Notes under the pieces: model-generated
What the model was told of the DNA's origin: nothing
The model's database searches: none
Seen by the model: the letters and a program-made list of their open reading frames with translations, nothing else
NCBI GenBank assembly: GCA_051546255.1
Contig: CP128817.1
Span: 558,001-622,000 of the forward strand
DNA from: Meyerozyma guilliermondii
Lineage: Eukaryota
DNA length: 64,000 nucleotides
Direction: 5' to 3'
In this document: positions 1 to 10,018 of the stretch, one piece after another
Layout: every line of letters starts with the position of its first letter
How positions within the stretch are numbered: position 1 is the stretch's first letter
Made by a program: the position numbers and the translations under genes

Positions 1-982
1 AAATGCCTTCTTTCTTGTAAAATGGTATATGGGTCAATAACACGGTACTTCCTTTGAAGGTTGGGTTTTCTCTGTCACGAAGGTTTTCCAAGAATGACCA
101 AGTATAATCCAAGAATTCTGGCTGAAGAGCTGGGCCCTCGAGAGTCAACGAGTCCAAAACAACCAATCTCCATTCCTGAGGCAGACCCTTATTGTAATTT
201 ATCACATAGTTGTTTTGCCCAAACAATAAATGAAACCGAGCCATATGCTGCCACGTAGCATCCCCACTGTATCCAATATCATGATTTCCAGTTAAATTGA
301 TAAAAAGTGGTTCTTTTATTGCAGGTGGTTTGGCAGAGTAATTGTACCAGTCGTATACGTCGTTGTAAACGCGAGAGTTGAATCGTTCAACCGGGTCCAT
401 GGCCTTTTCCCGGTCATGAAAACCCATCCAATCGTAGTCTTCATGTTTGGCGTGTGTTTCCAACACATTTTGCTTATATTCGGGCAATCTTGTGAACAAA
501 CGCTCAACGAATCTGTACGTTCTGTTGTAGAATTCAGAGTCCAAAATCCATTGCGACGAAAAGAGATCTCCCATGACTGCAACGTAGTCCGGTTCGAGAC
601 GATTTTTCATCGTTTTGTAAATGTGGCCCAAATAATAGTCGTTTCCATAATTGTCCAAACGCTTGATGTATTTAGTCAGTGCCCAGTTTCCATTGATTTG
701 TGGATCTCCGAACGCCAACAACTTGATGTCTCGGATATTGGAGTATGGCTCTTCTTCCTTGGGAGTTCTGAGGGACGGAAAATTCAGCAAAACGTAGTCA
801 CGCCATGGAGATGGAATCTTATTCAAGTAACTGTGTTTGCTAGTCAATGGGGCTTGATTGTGCCAATTACACTGACCCGGGGCGTTGAGAATATCTGGAT
901 AGAAATACACAAATGCATTGAGGGCAACAGCAACGATGGTAACCACCCATTTCAACGAGCCCCATATCCTGGACCCTGTCAT
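1..982 (-). CDS. TED1: Ted1 GPI-remodelling metallophosphoesterase, 3' end runs off the window
   Basis: Absent from the ORF track; translated by hand from ATG at 982 (MTGSRIWGSLKWVVTIVAVALNAFVYFYP, a TM anchor). Motifs AFGDPQING, MGDLFSSQWI, TGNHDIGYSG, LLTHIPFYK; frame open to position 1. Confidence 0.9.
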   Translation of the reverse strand, partial: MTGSRIWGSLKWVVTIVAVALNAFVYFYPDILNAPGQCNWHNQAPLTSKHSYLNKIPSPWRDYVLLNFPSLRTPKEEEPYSNIRDIKLLAFGDPQINGNWALTKYIKRLDNYGNDYYLGHIYKTMKNRLEPDYVAVMGDLFSSQWILDSEFYNRTYRFVERLFTRLPEYKQNVLETHAKHEDYDWMGFHDREKAMDPVERFNSRVYNDVYDWYNYSAKPPAIKEPLFINLTGNHDIGYSGDATWQHMARFHLLFGQNNYVINYNKGLPQEWRLVVLDSLTLEGPALQPEFLDYTWSFLENLRDRENPTFKGSTVLLTHIPFYKKEGI

Positions 983-1159
983 GATTTGAGTAAACTATAA
1001 AAATGCGACCAGATTTTAAGGTGATTTAGTAGGGCATACAGGGAAGAGTATAGAGATTAAACGATTCGGCTACAATATTCAACAAATAATCATTCTATGA
1101 CGTTTCTACATGAATGAGTAAACCTGTGGCAACCGACAACAAAATGCAATGCGGGTGGA

Positions 1160-1777
1160 TTACAAGGCTTCACTCAAAGTAGCGTTCAACTTGGCAACCT
1201 TCAGGGAGATGGACAAGTCAACAGTTTTGTCTCCCACTTCAACTACTAAACCTCCCAAAATTTCAGGGTTGACTTCATTGGCAACCTTCAAAGTCTTGCC
1301 GTCTCCCACAAAGGATGATTTGGTGATGGCAGTCTGCAATCTTTTCAAGATCTTGGAGTCCAAAGGCTTGGCTGAGGTGATGGTGGCTTCCACGATACCC
1401 TGTTCTGCGTCGTTCAATTGACCGAACTTGGTGTAGATGGACTTGAACTCACTCAATCTGTTGTTGTCTGACAACACGGTCAAGAAGTTGGTGACAGTTT
1501 TGTCCAACTTCAACGACGAAGCAATTGTATCGATCACAACCTTTCTGTCGTCACTCGACAAGGCAGGGTTGTTCAAGAATTGGTTGACCTTGGCATCCGT
1601 TTCGATCAAGTCGTTCACTTTGGTCAATGCTTGGTAACTCTTTTCGACAGAGGAGTCTTCCACAGAAGCACGGTATAAGGCAGTAGCATAAGTACCATCG
1701 ACGCCAAACAATTGCACTGGAGGCTTGATGGCCTTAGTGGCCGATGCCATCGAACGCACAAACATACGGGACATCAT
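1160..1777 (-). CDS. ATP5: Mitochondrial ATP synthase subunit 5 (OSCP)
   Basis: KPPVQLFGVDGTYATALY and VNPEILGGLVVEVGDKTVDLSI; basic mitochondrial presequence. Confidence 0.97.
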   Translation of the reverse strand: MMSRMFVRSMASATKAIKPPVQLFGVDGTYATALYRASVEDSSVEKSYQALTKVNDLIETDAKVNQFLNNPALSSDDRKVVIDTIASSLKLDKTVTNFLTVLSDNNRLSEFKSIYTKFGQLNDAEQGIVEATITSAKPLDSKILKRLQTAITKSSFVGDGKTLKVANEVNPEILGGLVVEVGDKTVDLSISLKVAKLNATLSEAL

Positions 1778-1949
1778 TTTTTGTATGAGATGGTGCTATA
1801 GGATGTCTACTTTGAAAGCCGACCAATTCGCGAATATTACTGGACGAGCATCGTTCTGTGTCTTACCCAGCATCAGTTTTCGCGCGCGTAATATCGGTAC
1901 TGACAATTTTTCTCACCAATTTGGTCTTGCGTGAGAAACAGGATCGCTG

Positions 1950-3050
1950 ATGTTACCTTGGTTCCGTACGGCCGTAGGTGCGCCTTCTTACAGGCCTGTA
2001 GCCTCAAGATTACTCGTCAGGCTTCAGAGTACGGTATCCCAAAGCGGTTCTGCTTCTGGGTCCAATGAGGACGAAATAACTGATCTTGAACGAAGAGACC
2101 AGATTTACCGCCGGCAGCGAAAATTGACATTGGCACATGTCAAACTCAAAAGTCACGCCAATGGCCATCTCGCACCCGGTTCGACGCATTTTAAGAAACC
2201 TATACACGATCATCTCCACAAGGGACGCCCAATCAGGGAACTTACGGCACCCAAGAAAAAGACTGCTGGTAGGAACAATACCGGTCACATAACTATAAGG
2301 GGACGTGGAGGCGGCCACAAGCAACGCCACCGTTTGGTGGACTCTCATAGATTGCGTGGAGGAAAGCAAACTGTAGTCAGAATAGAATACGACCCCAATC
2401 GGTCGGGTCACATTGCGTTGGTGAAACATAACGAAACAGGCGATTTATCTTACATTTTGGCTGCTTCTGGTTTGAGAGCAGGCGATGAAGTGGAGTCGTT
2501 TAGAAGTGGTTTACCCGCAGATTTTCTCCAGGAAATGAAGGAAACGAACAATGGTGAAATCGATGAAGCATTACTCAACTCTCGTATCATTCAGCGTGGT
2601 AACTGCTTACCGTTGCACATGATCCCCGTGGGTTCTATCATCCACAACATTGGTTTGCATCCTGGCGGAAGAGGTCAATTAATGAGATCGGCCGGAACTT
2701 TTGGTCGCTTATTATCGAAGCATCCCGAAGAAAACCGAGTAGTGGTGCGTCTCAGTTCTGGAGAACACCGTTACGTCAACATAAAGTGCCATGCCACATT
2801 GGGTGTGGTGTCCAATAAAGAACATCAGGCTATTTCATGGGGTAAGGCCGGACGTAGTCGTCATAGAGGCAGAAGACCTATGGTTAGAGGTGTGGCTATG
2901 AACGCATTTGATCATCCTCATGGTGGTGGACGTGGTAAGTCCAAGTCCAATAAGGTGTCGCAATCGATGTGGGGTCTAAAGAAGTTTGCAAAGACCAGAA
3001 AGTTCAAAAACGTTAACAAGAGAAAGGTCCAGGACAGACCACGTAGATAA
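1950..3050 (+). CDS. RML2: Mitochondrial ribosomal protein uL2m
   Basis: GRNNTGHITIRGRGGGHKQR, IEYDPNRSGHIAL, RGVAMNAFDHPHGGGRGK; N-terminal presequence. Confidence 0.97.
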   Translation: MLPWFRTAVGAPSYRPVASRLLVRLQSTVSQSGSASGSNEDEITDLERRDQIYRRQRKLTLAHVKLKSHANGHLAPGSTHFKKPIHDHLHKGRPIRELTAPKKKTAGRNNTGHITIRGRGGGHKQRHRLVDSHRLRGGKQTVVRIEYDPNRSGHIALVKHNETGDLSYILAASGLRAGDEVESFRSGLPADFLQEMKETNNGEIDEALLNSRIIQRGNCLPLHMIPVGSIIHNIGLHPGGRGQLMRSAGTFGRLLSKHPEENRVVVRLSSGEHRYVNIKCHATLGVVSNKEHQAISWGKAGRSRHRGRRPMVRGVAMNAFDHPHGGGRGKSKSNKVSQSMWGLKKFAKTRKFKNVNKRKVQDRPRR

Positions 3051-3054
3051 TTCA

Positions 3055-3062
3055 TGTACATA
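3055..3062 (+). promoter_or_regulatory. Puf3-type element in RML2 3' UTR
   Basis: CA-TGTACATA 4 nt after the stop, with C at -2. Confidence 0.7.
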
Positions 3063-3070
3063 CACTAAAA

Positions 3071-3457
3071 TCAGGTATATTCAATCCATCCATTACATAT
3101 ATCCAGCTTCCATACAAAGAGTCCGGACAATGCTACCAACACTATAACAAAAAGTCGAAATAAAATGGCACAAGTACTTGCTCCGTCTACGTTGATCGAA
3201 CCCAATACTTCCAAAAGGCGTAGAAACAGACTTGGCCGTACAGATCCTGGCTGCCGGTACAAGGGGAGGAGATGGTCGTTTTCATTGTATGAGTGGGTCT
3301 CGGACGATATTGACCTGCTACCAGAGTTTGCCGAATATTGATTCGAGTGTTGCAGATGAACGCTTCTGGTTTCGTCAACCAGATCGTCACGTATGTAGCC
3401 AGACGCTTGAACAGCCAAATCGTCCAAAGCGTCCAGTAGGCGAGCAGATGAAGACAT
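3071..3457 (-). CDS. Hypothetical 128-aa protein with a C-terminal transmembrane segment
   Basis: ATG-initiated ORF filling the RML2-EST3 gap; hydrophobic stretch AILFRLFVIVLVALSGLFVW near the C-terminus; family not recognised. Confidence 0.6.
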   Translation of the reverse strand: MSSSARLLDALDDLAVQASGYIRDDLVDETRSVHLQHSNQYSANSGSRSISSETHSYNENDHLLPLYRQPGSVRPSLFLRLLEVLGSINVDGASTCAILFRLFVIVLVALSGLFVWKLDICNGWIEYT

Positions 3458-3548
3458 TGATGTAATAGTAGGTTAAGGCTGTTTGTGAACCACAAACGCA
3501 CCATTGAAATTTGCCTAGAACCGAGGTCGAAATTGCATAGAAGTGAGG

Positions 3549-4166
3549 CTAGACGGAGACCACATCCCCATAGTCATCCGAGACTTGTTTCTCCACATCT
3601 TTGGAGTATTCTGGGATGTAGCAATCTCGTCCACACAAATCATAGTACTCTCGATCGTAATAGATCATATTGACTTTTGAGAGTGCTTCGTGAGGAAGTA
3701 TGGCTTGGTCCCTCAGAAAGACAGTAAAATCGTCAATTTCCAAGATCACGATCTGAATATTCGGTGAGATGGAAAAATCAAAGTCTTTTGCAACTTCACC
3801 AGGCTTGGCAAATCTTAGTTTGGCTTGCTTGATTACGAAGAGACAACCCGCTGTCATGTACGTTAGTCGTTGACGATAGAGCTGCTCAAATTTGATTATA
3901 GTTGGGTCATATGGGAACTTTGCAAAGATTAAGTGTCTGGTATCTGAAACAATGGCTGTTAAAGCTAGTTGATCTGTGGTTTTGAGGTATCGATACACTC
4001 TGATGATGGGAGTTTCTCGAACATGCTTCTTATGCGAAGGGTGTATAAAATGATGTTCAACATCAGTAGCACTGAATCGTAAGTGGTGCTGCAAACATCT
4101 GGTAACGGCCTTTTGTATCCAAGTAGTTTGAAGTACTATTTCCCATTCATAAGTAGGTTCGTACAT
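3549..4166 (-). CDS. EST3: Telomerase regulatory subunit Est3 (TPP1-like OB fold)
   Basis: LQTTWI, AIVSDTRHLIFAKF, FEQLYRQRLTYMTAGCLFVI and ILEIDDFTVFLRDQ align by eye with recalled S. cerevisiae Est3 blocks LQPWI, [34 protein letters not shown] and VLNVNQATIFDIDQ. Confidence 0.8.
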   Translation of the reverse strand: MYEPTYEWEIVLQTTWIQKAVTRCLQHHLRFSATDVEHHFIHPSHKKHVRETPIIRVYRYLKTTDQLALTAIVSDTRHLIFAKFPYDPTIIKFEQLYRQRLTYMTAGCLFVIKQAKLRFAKPGEVAKDFDFSISPNIQIVILEIDDFTVFLRDQAILPHEALSKVNMIYYDREYYDLCGRDCYIPEYSKDVEKQVSDDYGDVVSV

Positions 4167-4227
4167 AGCGCGCGAACTAAATCAAATGTCCAAATTTAAA
4201 TGAAAATGCCTAATTTAGATCTTGGTC

Positions 4228-4235
4228 TATTTACA
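4228..4235 (-). promoter_or_regulatory. Puf3-type element in TRZ1 3' UTR
   Basis: TGTAAATA on the minus strand 23 nt after the stop; a near-match CATGTAAGTA lies just before it (4237-4246). Confidence 0.55.
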
Positions 4236-4258
4236 ATACTTACATGCTAACTTCAGCT

Positions 4259-6871
4259 TCAAACTTCTTCGTCATTGACTCTTCTCTTTTTCTGGCTGCT
4301 GAGTGCCAATCTCTGTAGCCTTTTAAGTTCCTGCTTCTCTTCTTTCTTCTTAGCCTCTTTTGCACCTTTGGGCTGATTTTCACCATCTGCCTCAGGCTCG
4401 TCGCTTTGGAAAATTTCCATGATCTCTTTAATGCTGTCCTTTTGCTTGGCCATACTCCTCAAATTAACCACCATCATATCAAAAGCAAAACAAACCACAA
4501 CATCTTCAAACGATTTGGTAGGTCTCTCCGACCGCAAACCGTACTCGAAAATATTGGGTGTGGCACCCGTGCTTAATAAATAGTTTCTTAGTTGCTCTGA
4601 AAGATTCTCCAACGACGCTTGGTCTGACACGAAATTAGCAGATCCGCAATACCGAGTACTGAAATGAGTGAGGATCACATGGCCACAATTCATGAGCCTT
4701 GACATTTCAATTGCCTCGATCATGGTGCTGTGTTTTTTAGCTAGAGCTTCCTCAATCAACTCGTGATCTAAAGAGGATTCATGAATCAACAAGTCACTAG
4801 AGTACCCGATATCCACAAACTTAGGGTTGGGGCGTGTATCTCCTGAGTAAGAAATCTTGAATGTTTCGGTGGGATCCAACTTGAACTCCAAGCTTATTGA
4901 ATAAGACCAGTAACAGTGGATTGCCCGAACGGTGCTCACTTTGACTAGTTTCAATTCTTCGTAAAGTTCTTCAATGAGTGCGGTACTTCGAGGTGCTAAT
5001 GGCTCTTTGGCAATCAGCTTTTTAAGATCCTTTCGATCGAACTGTTCTTCAAACTCTTGGATGCTAAACTGCTTATACTCTGGCGCTCTGTCTCGCAAGA
5101 ACTCTTCACAACTAAGATATTTGAGACGATTAATGTCCACGTCTGCTGAAAAATATTCTTCCAAACGATACCACTCACTCAAAAAGTGATTGTATTGCCA
5201 AGGAAGAATAAGGTAAAGCTTCTTCGCGGTGGACTTGTTGTGCTTGAACCATTCATTGATGATAGAGACTAGCCCCAAATGATGATCAGCATGCAAATGG
5301 CTCAAGTGAATCAAAGATAACTCCAGAAAGATTTGTTGGAGTTTGCTTCCATCACCATGCCTGAACATCCTATTTATGGTACCTAGGGTGTTTTCTCCCC
5401 CATCGAGTATCATTGTTCGAAACTCAACTTTGTCGCCCAGAGAGTACGGTATACGAACCAATGTCGAGATAACGTTCCTGGGGATAGACGGCAATGCTGA
5501 ACCAGTACCAAGGGTGTATACTTGGACTTTATCACGCAAGCTTGTGTTCGATGAGTTGAATGGAATTGGTTCAGATGACAAAAGCTGCGATTTTTCGGGA
5601 AGTCGGAAGGACCCCTGAGTGGAGACTGAATCGTAGATTGATTCCCAAGTCTCATTCAGGTCTTGACGGTAATTATTAGTGATCTCATCTGGTTTCACAA
5701 CAACTTGCTGCTGTTGATGCAATCTAAAAATACCTTCTAGAGGTATACTTTGGTTGGAGTCTGCCACGTACGGCAAATTGTAACATTCGCTTTGCAAGGA
5801 TTTCAATTTAAGTAGGTTTTCGGCCGCACTCTTGAATACCAAAACATCTTTGTCGAACTTTGAATGGCTCACGATGTGCTTACAGTTCGATGGAAATTTT
5901 TGCAATAGGTCTCTGTATGCTTCCAGACCAATGTCAATATCATCACCCAAGAAATGGTACACAATTCCAATAGCCTCTTCTCCAACCTCTTCGTTCTTTT
6001 CGAACCAATCATTAGTATTTATTGCGGTATGCAAATACGACGGGTCCGGGATGTCCAAAATTAAGGCTTTTGAAAAATGCTTTGATGGCTCAATCACTTG
6101 CTCAGGATAGACTGGTTCACCGCTTTCATTGTACACGGTCGAGCCTTGGGTCAATTTACGAAAATCTATACCTGGCTTGATCCCAAGTGCCTTCGCTTTG
6201 ACTGGATCGAACTTTCCACGAATAGGAAGGAAGCGAATCAAGTAATTGATTGCAAGCTGGTTTTGGACCAAACTCAGCGCATGAGGATCGGGAAGCTTGA
6301 CATGTGTATGGATCTCGGTTTCGGAAGGATCAGATTTATAAGATGCTGGATCGGGATCATTAACAGCAGATGTATCAGAGGGGAACATCAATGACATGAG
6401 TTTCTTAAGCGAAGGCACTATGCCCAGAGGAGTAGCGGGTACTTCACTCTGGCGGCTGCTGGCTGTTCGAATGGGCTTCACTAGGACAGTGCTGTCAGCG
6501 ATGAATTCTGCGGTGGTAGTATCTTTGATATTCATCTGAACACCTTTGCGGAATACAAAATATCTCCACGTAGAGACGAGATAAGTGAGTAGTCCGCTAG
6601 AGTTCGAGTAAAGATCGATATCTTTCTTCGTTGCATCGCTCACCGTCAAAAAAAGTCCAGGAAGACCGCCAATCTGCGACCACGACAGAAGTATACCAGT
6701 AAGAAATATCCCACGCAACTTGCCAAGTCTTATTCGTTCTTCATTCAAAACCCGCTGCGTGCCTTCAGGGATCTTTCCGAAAAGATATCGGAACCCTTCC
6801 CTGTTGGTGAGCATAACTAGTGGGTGGGAAGTGTCACTGGTCTTGTGAGTAATGGTTGTGAATGTGAACAT
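4259..6871 (-). CDS. TRZ1: tRNase Z long form (tRNA 3' endonuclease); first ATG at 6871, possible non-AUG extension to about 7105-7126
   Basis: MFTFTTITHKTSDT N-terminus, YLFGKIPEGTQR, TLGTGSALPS, LDGGENTLG, SHLHADHHLG (HxHxDH), YSGDTRP, LIHES, LTHFSTRY. Confidence 0.96.
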   Translation of the reverse strand: MFTFTTITHKTSDTSHPLVMLTNREGFRYLFGKIPEGTQRVLNEERIRLGKLRGIFLTGILLSWSQIGGLPGLFLTVSDATKKDIDLYSNSSGLLTYLVSTWRYFVFRKGVQMNIKDTTTAEFIADSTVLVKPIRTASSRQSEVPATPLGIVPSLKKLMSLMFPSDTSAVNDPDPASYKSDPSETEIHTHVKLPDPHALSLVQNQLAINYLIRFLPIRGKFDPVKAKALGIKPGIDFRKLTQGSTVYNESGEPVYPEQVIEPSKHFSKALILDIPDPSYLHTAINTNDWFEKNEEVGEEAIGIVYHFLGDDIDIGLEAYRDLLQKFPSNCKHIVSHSKFDKDVLVFKSAAENLLKLKSLQSECYNLPYVADSNQSIPLEGIFRLHQQQQVVVKPDEITNNYRQDLNETWESIYDSVSTQGSFRLPEKSQLLSSEPIPFNSSNTSLRDKVQVYTLGTGSALPSIPRNVISTLVRIPYSLGDKVEFRTMILDGGENTLGTINRMFRHGDGSKLQQIFLELSLIHLSHLHADHHLGLVSIINEWFKHNKSTAKKLYLILPWQYNHFLSEWYRLEEYFSADVDINRLKYLSCEEFLRDRAPEYKQFSIQEFEEQFDRKDLKKLIAKEPLAPRSTALIEELYEELKLVKVSTVRAIHCYWSYSISLEFKLDPTETFKISYSGDTRPNPKFVDIGYSSDLLIHESSLDHELIEEALAKKHSTMIEAIEMSRLMNCGHVILTHFSTRYCGSANFVSDQASLENLSEQLRNYLLSTGATPNIFEYGLRSERPTKSFEDVVVCFAFDMMVVNLRSMAKQKDSIKEIMEIFQSDEPEADGENQPKGAKEAKKKEEKQELKRLQRLALSSQKKRRVNDEEV

Positions 6872-7310
6872 TGCGCTTGTGAATTCCTTGAAATCGGCAA
6901 ATTTGGTGAAAAATGTATTGTACTCGCTCACAGAGTTGAAAAACTGAGGTGAAACCAAGTGTGCTCCGGTCTTGTCGCTTAAAACCTTCTTCTTTTTCTT
7001 TCGCTTGACTTCTGGTCTCCTTCCTTTCTTAGTTCTGAGGCTAGCTGCGACGTGAAACTTCGATGAGGAATGGAGCACACGTGTGAATGGATGTATTTTT
7101 ACCACCGTGACTAATTCTATACTCGCCTAATTAATGTGCAGCCTCTCTTGAGTCATGGATGGCTCTGCTCGATTTGCAAAAGACGTGTGTCCCCAGATGT
7201 CGCGGCGATGCCGCAAGGCTGGTGGCCCAAGCGCGACATCCTATGTCATTATCTTGTGACAGTGAGTGTGGGTTTACTGTCGTTACTCCACCACACAGAA
7301 CCAGGTTTCT

Positions 7311-9977
7311 ATGACAGAAATAGGGTTGAAAACGGCAGATAGCTTGATAAGCTCCCGCGAAGACCACTCAGAGATCATAGAGGCTCTTTTATCTGACCAT
7401 GGAAGTCCCATATCCAAAGCGAGTCCTTCCCCATATGTTGCAATATCCAACTTTGCTCGGAAGTTACCTCTCTTAAATAGAGTTGTACCCGGCGAAAGTG
7501 AACACGCTGGCCTAATAAGCGCACTCCTCGAGAAGCAACGCACATGTATCACCTATAAAAGCTGGAGAGAGGTATCACTTCAGCTCGATGAATTACTTGG
7601 TAATAACGCATGGAAAGAGAACCCAAAATCGAGTTTATATGACTATGACTTGATTTATAGCAGTCTCATGGAGATGCGGGAAGCCAGATTGGCCAAAGAT
7701 TACAAGCTTTTGTTGTACTTGATTCGTACCAAGTGGACAAGAAATATAGGCAATATGGGTGACATAGGCTTGTACCGCCATGCGTACGTCGGTACCAAAA
7801 AGCTCATTGAGGAATATACTCAAGAGTGCGAGGAGGCGTTGGAATACTTGATCAATGGAAGTCAGGTCGATTTGGACGACCGTTATCTATTGGGAATGCT
7901 CATCCAGACCCGAAAGAACATTGGACGAACTGCACTCGTTCTTTCTGGTGGAAGCACCTTTGGGATCTTCCACATTGGTGTTCTTATTACCTTGATTGAG
8001 GAGAACTTACTTCCCCGGATTATAAGTGGTTCATCCTCCGGATCTATCATGGCAAGTATTATGTGCTCACACACAAATGAAGAGACAGTGGAACTCCTCA
8101 AGAACATCAGTGAAAGAGAGTTTCGTATTTTTGAAATTAACTCGACTTTGGACCGAGAGGAACCGACCAAGAAGGGAAATTTGAAGAACACCTTAGAATG
8201 CTTGAGTCATTTCATCAAGTACGGTACATTTTTTGATATATGTGGACTCAAGAAGACCATGATTGATTTTGTGGGCGACCTAACGTTCAGAGAGGCTTAC
8301 AATCGAACGGGAAAGATCTTGAATATCACGGTCTCGCCAACATCCATTCATGAACAGACAAGACTTCTCAACTATACCACTGCACCTAATTGCTTGATTT
8401 GGTCTGCAGTTTGTGCGTCTTGCTCGCTTCCTGGTGTTTTCCCATCCACTACAATTTATGAAAAGATTCCTAAAACCAATCAAATTCAAGAATGGAACAA
8501 CGACACTTCCATGAAATTTGTTGATGGCTCTATGGAGAACGATCTTCCCATTGCCAGGTTATCAGAAATGTTTAACGTCGATCATATAATCGCATGCCAA
8601 GTGAATCCTCACGTGGTCCCGATGCTTAAGATTTCGGTGACCAGTATTGGTGGAGATTACGATAACGAACTCAGCTACAAAGTGAAAAATTTGTGTAACA
8701 ATGTCTACAATTTTGTTACGTCTGAAGTTGTTCATTATTTGCGGGTGCTTAATGAACTCAATATTTATAAGAACTTGTCAAGCAAGCTCATTTCAATTCT
8801 AATCCAAAACTATTCAGGTGACATCACCATTCTTCCTGACTATAAGGTGATTGATTTTTTGAAAATTTTTGAAAATCCAACGACGGATTTTTTACTCGAT
8901 TTCGTTATTCGAGGCGCTAGATCGTCTTGGCCCAAGGTCACGGTCATAAAAAACCATTGTGGTGTGGAATTTGCTCTCGATAAAGCCATCAGTTTGCTTC
9001 GTGGTCGTTTAATTACGACTGCAAGCGAAAATGGAAACACTTTGGTTGTGCCGAATGGCATTAATAAAATGATGCACAATGACTTCTCAGCCTTGGTTAG
9101 CACCCCTGTACCACAAAACTACCAACCACGTCTGCTGTCCAATCCAGTCACACCTGATCGTTCGGTGCCGATGAGGAAAGCGCCTGCGATTCGCCGGCAC
9201 AACTCAACTTCCAATACCGTTGCAACAACGCCGGCCAGCAAGCATTTACCAAGAAAACACAACTCCATTAGTATCCATTCTCCAGCCAGCAACGGTGTTT
9301 CGAGAGGAAAGTCTACTACCGCTTTATCTTCTTTACCATATAGTGTTGCCTCACCATATTCACGAGTTCCCAAATCTGCCGATAGCAGCTCGTGGAGAAC
9401 GGAACAAGATCGGATTCACACAAAGCTTCGGGACCACATGGAAAAGAAGGGAGTACGTCGGGCTCGAAGCTCCGGTAATATTCAAAGCTCTCCAGGAACC
9501 CGTGGTGGAGATGAGCATCAAGGCAGAATACTTGCACCTGACAGGGCATTTGGAAATCCATACATTGAGTACGCCTTGAAATCTTCAAGCTATAAAAGTA
9601 AAGAGCCTGAACTTGAAGCAACCGAGAAGGCTAGTGTCAACTTGCCTCGTATCTCCCACTCCAATTCTCTCAAGAACTCATACGTGGGCTTGAACAGACT
9701 CAAAGAGACAAACATATCAAAGTCAGGTAATAATTCGAGCTACAATTTGGAGGAGTTTGCAAAGCTTCAGTTCCAAGTTCAGAAACCCAACGAAGAGTCA
9801 ACTCGAAATGTCTCTTTTAGAAAAGTGACCGCTCTGGATCGAAGTACACCTAATAAAACAGACGATGATTCCGATAATTACAGGGTTGAAGATTTTGTCC
9901 CCGACTCTGACGATTCTGACGATACTCTTCATAAAAAAATCGAGGAGGATGTGTTTGAGGATAATGACGAAGAGTAG
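7311..9977 (+). CDS. TGL4: Patatin-like triacylglycerol lipase, Tgl4/Tgl5 family
   Basis: GRTALVLSGGSTFG, ISGSSSGS (GxSxG), DLTFREAYNRTGKILNI, VDGSMENDLP. The ORF track starts at GTG 7266; first ATG is 7311. Confidence 0.92.
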   Translation: MTEIGLKTADSLISSREDHSEIIEALLSDHGSPISKASPSPYVAISNFARKLPLLNRVVPGESEHAGLISALLEKQRTCITYKSWREVSLQLDELLGNNAWKENPKSSLYDYDLIYSSLMEMREARLAKDYKLLLYLIRTKWTRNIGNMGDIGLYRHAYVGTKKLIEEYTQECEEALEYLINGSQVDLDDRYLLGMLIQTRKNIGRTALVLSGGSTFGIFHIGVLITLIEENLLPRIISGSSSGSIMASIMCSHTNEETVELLKNISEREFRIFEINSTLDREEPTKKGNLKNTLECLSHFIKYGTFFDICGLKKTMIDFVGDLTFREAYNRTGKILNITVSPTSIHEQTRLLNYTTAPNCLIWSAVCASCSLPGVFPSTTIYEKIPKTNQIQEWNNDTSMKFVDGSMENDLPIARLSEMFNVDHIIACQVNPHVVPMLKISVTSIGGDYDNELSYKVKNLCNNVYNFVTSEVVHYLRVLNELNIYKNLSSKLISILIQNYSGDITILPDYKVIDFLKIFENPTTDFLLDFVIRGARSSWPKVTVIKNHCGVEFALDKAISLLRGRLITTASENGNTLVVPNGINKMMHNDFSALVSTPVPQNYQPRLLSNPVTPDRSVPMRKAPAIRRHNSTSNTVATTPASKHLPRKHNSISIHSPASNGVSRGKSTTALSSLPYSVASPYSRVPKSADSSSWRTEQDRIHTKLRDHMEKKGVRRARSSGNIQSSPGTRGGDEHQGRILAPDRAFGNPYIEYALKSSSYKSKEPELEATEKASVNLPRISHSNSLKNSYVGLNRLKETNISKSGNNSSYNLEEFAKLQFQVQKPNEESTRNVSFRKVTALDRSTPNKTDDDSDNYRVEDFVPDSDDSDDTLHKKIEEDVFEDNDEE

Positions 9978-10018
9978 TTAATCGTACAAAAGTTGACGTG
10001 AATATATTATTAATACTT

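Noticed and set aside
416..1000. 194-aa + strand ORF
   Set aside because: Antisense shadow of TED1, which carries the recognisable motifs on the minus strand.
4153..4256. Plus-strand GTAGGT ... TGCTAACTTCAG intron-like signals
   Set aside because: Antisense to EST3 and TRZ1, with no plausible + strand exons.
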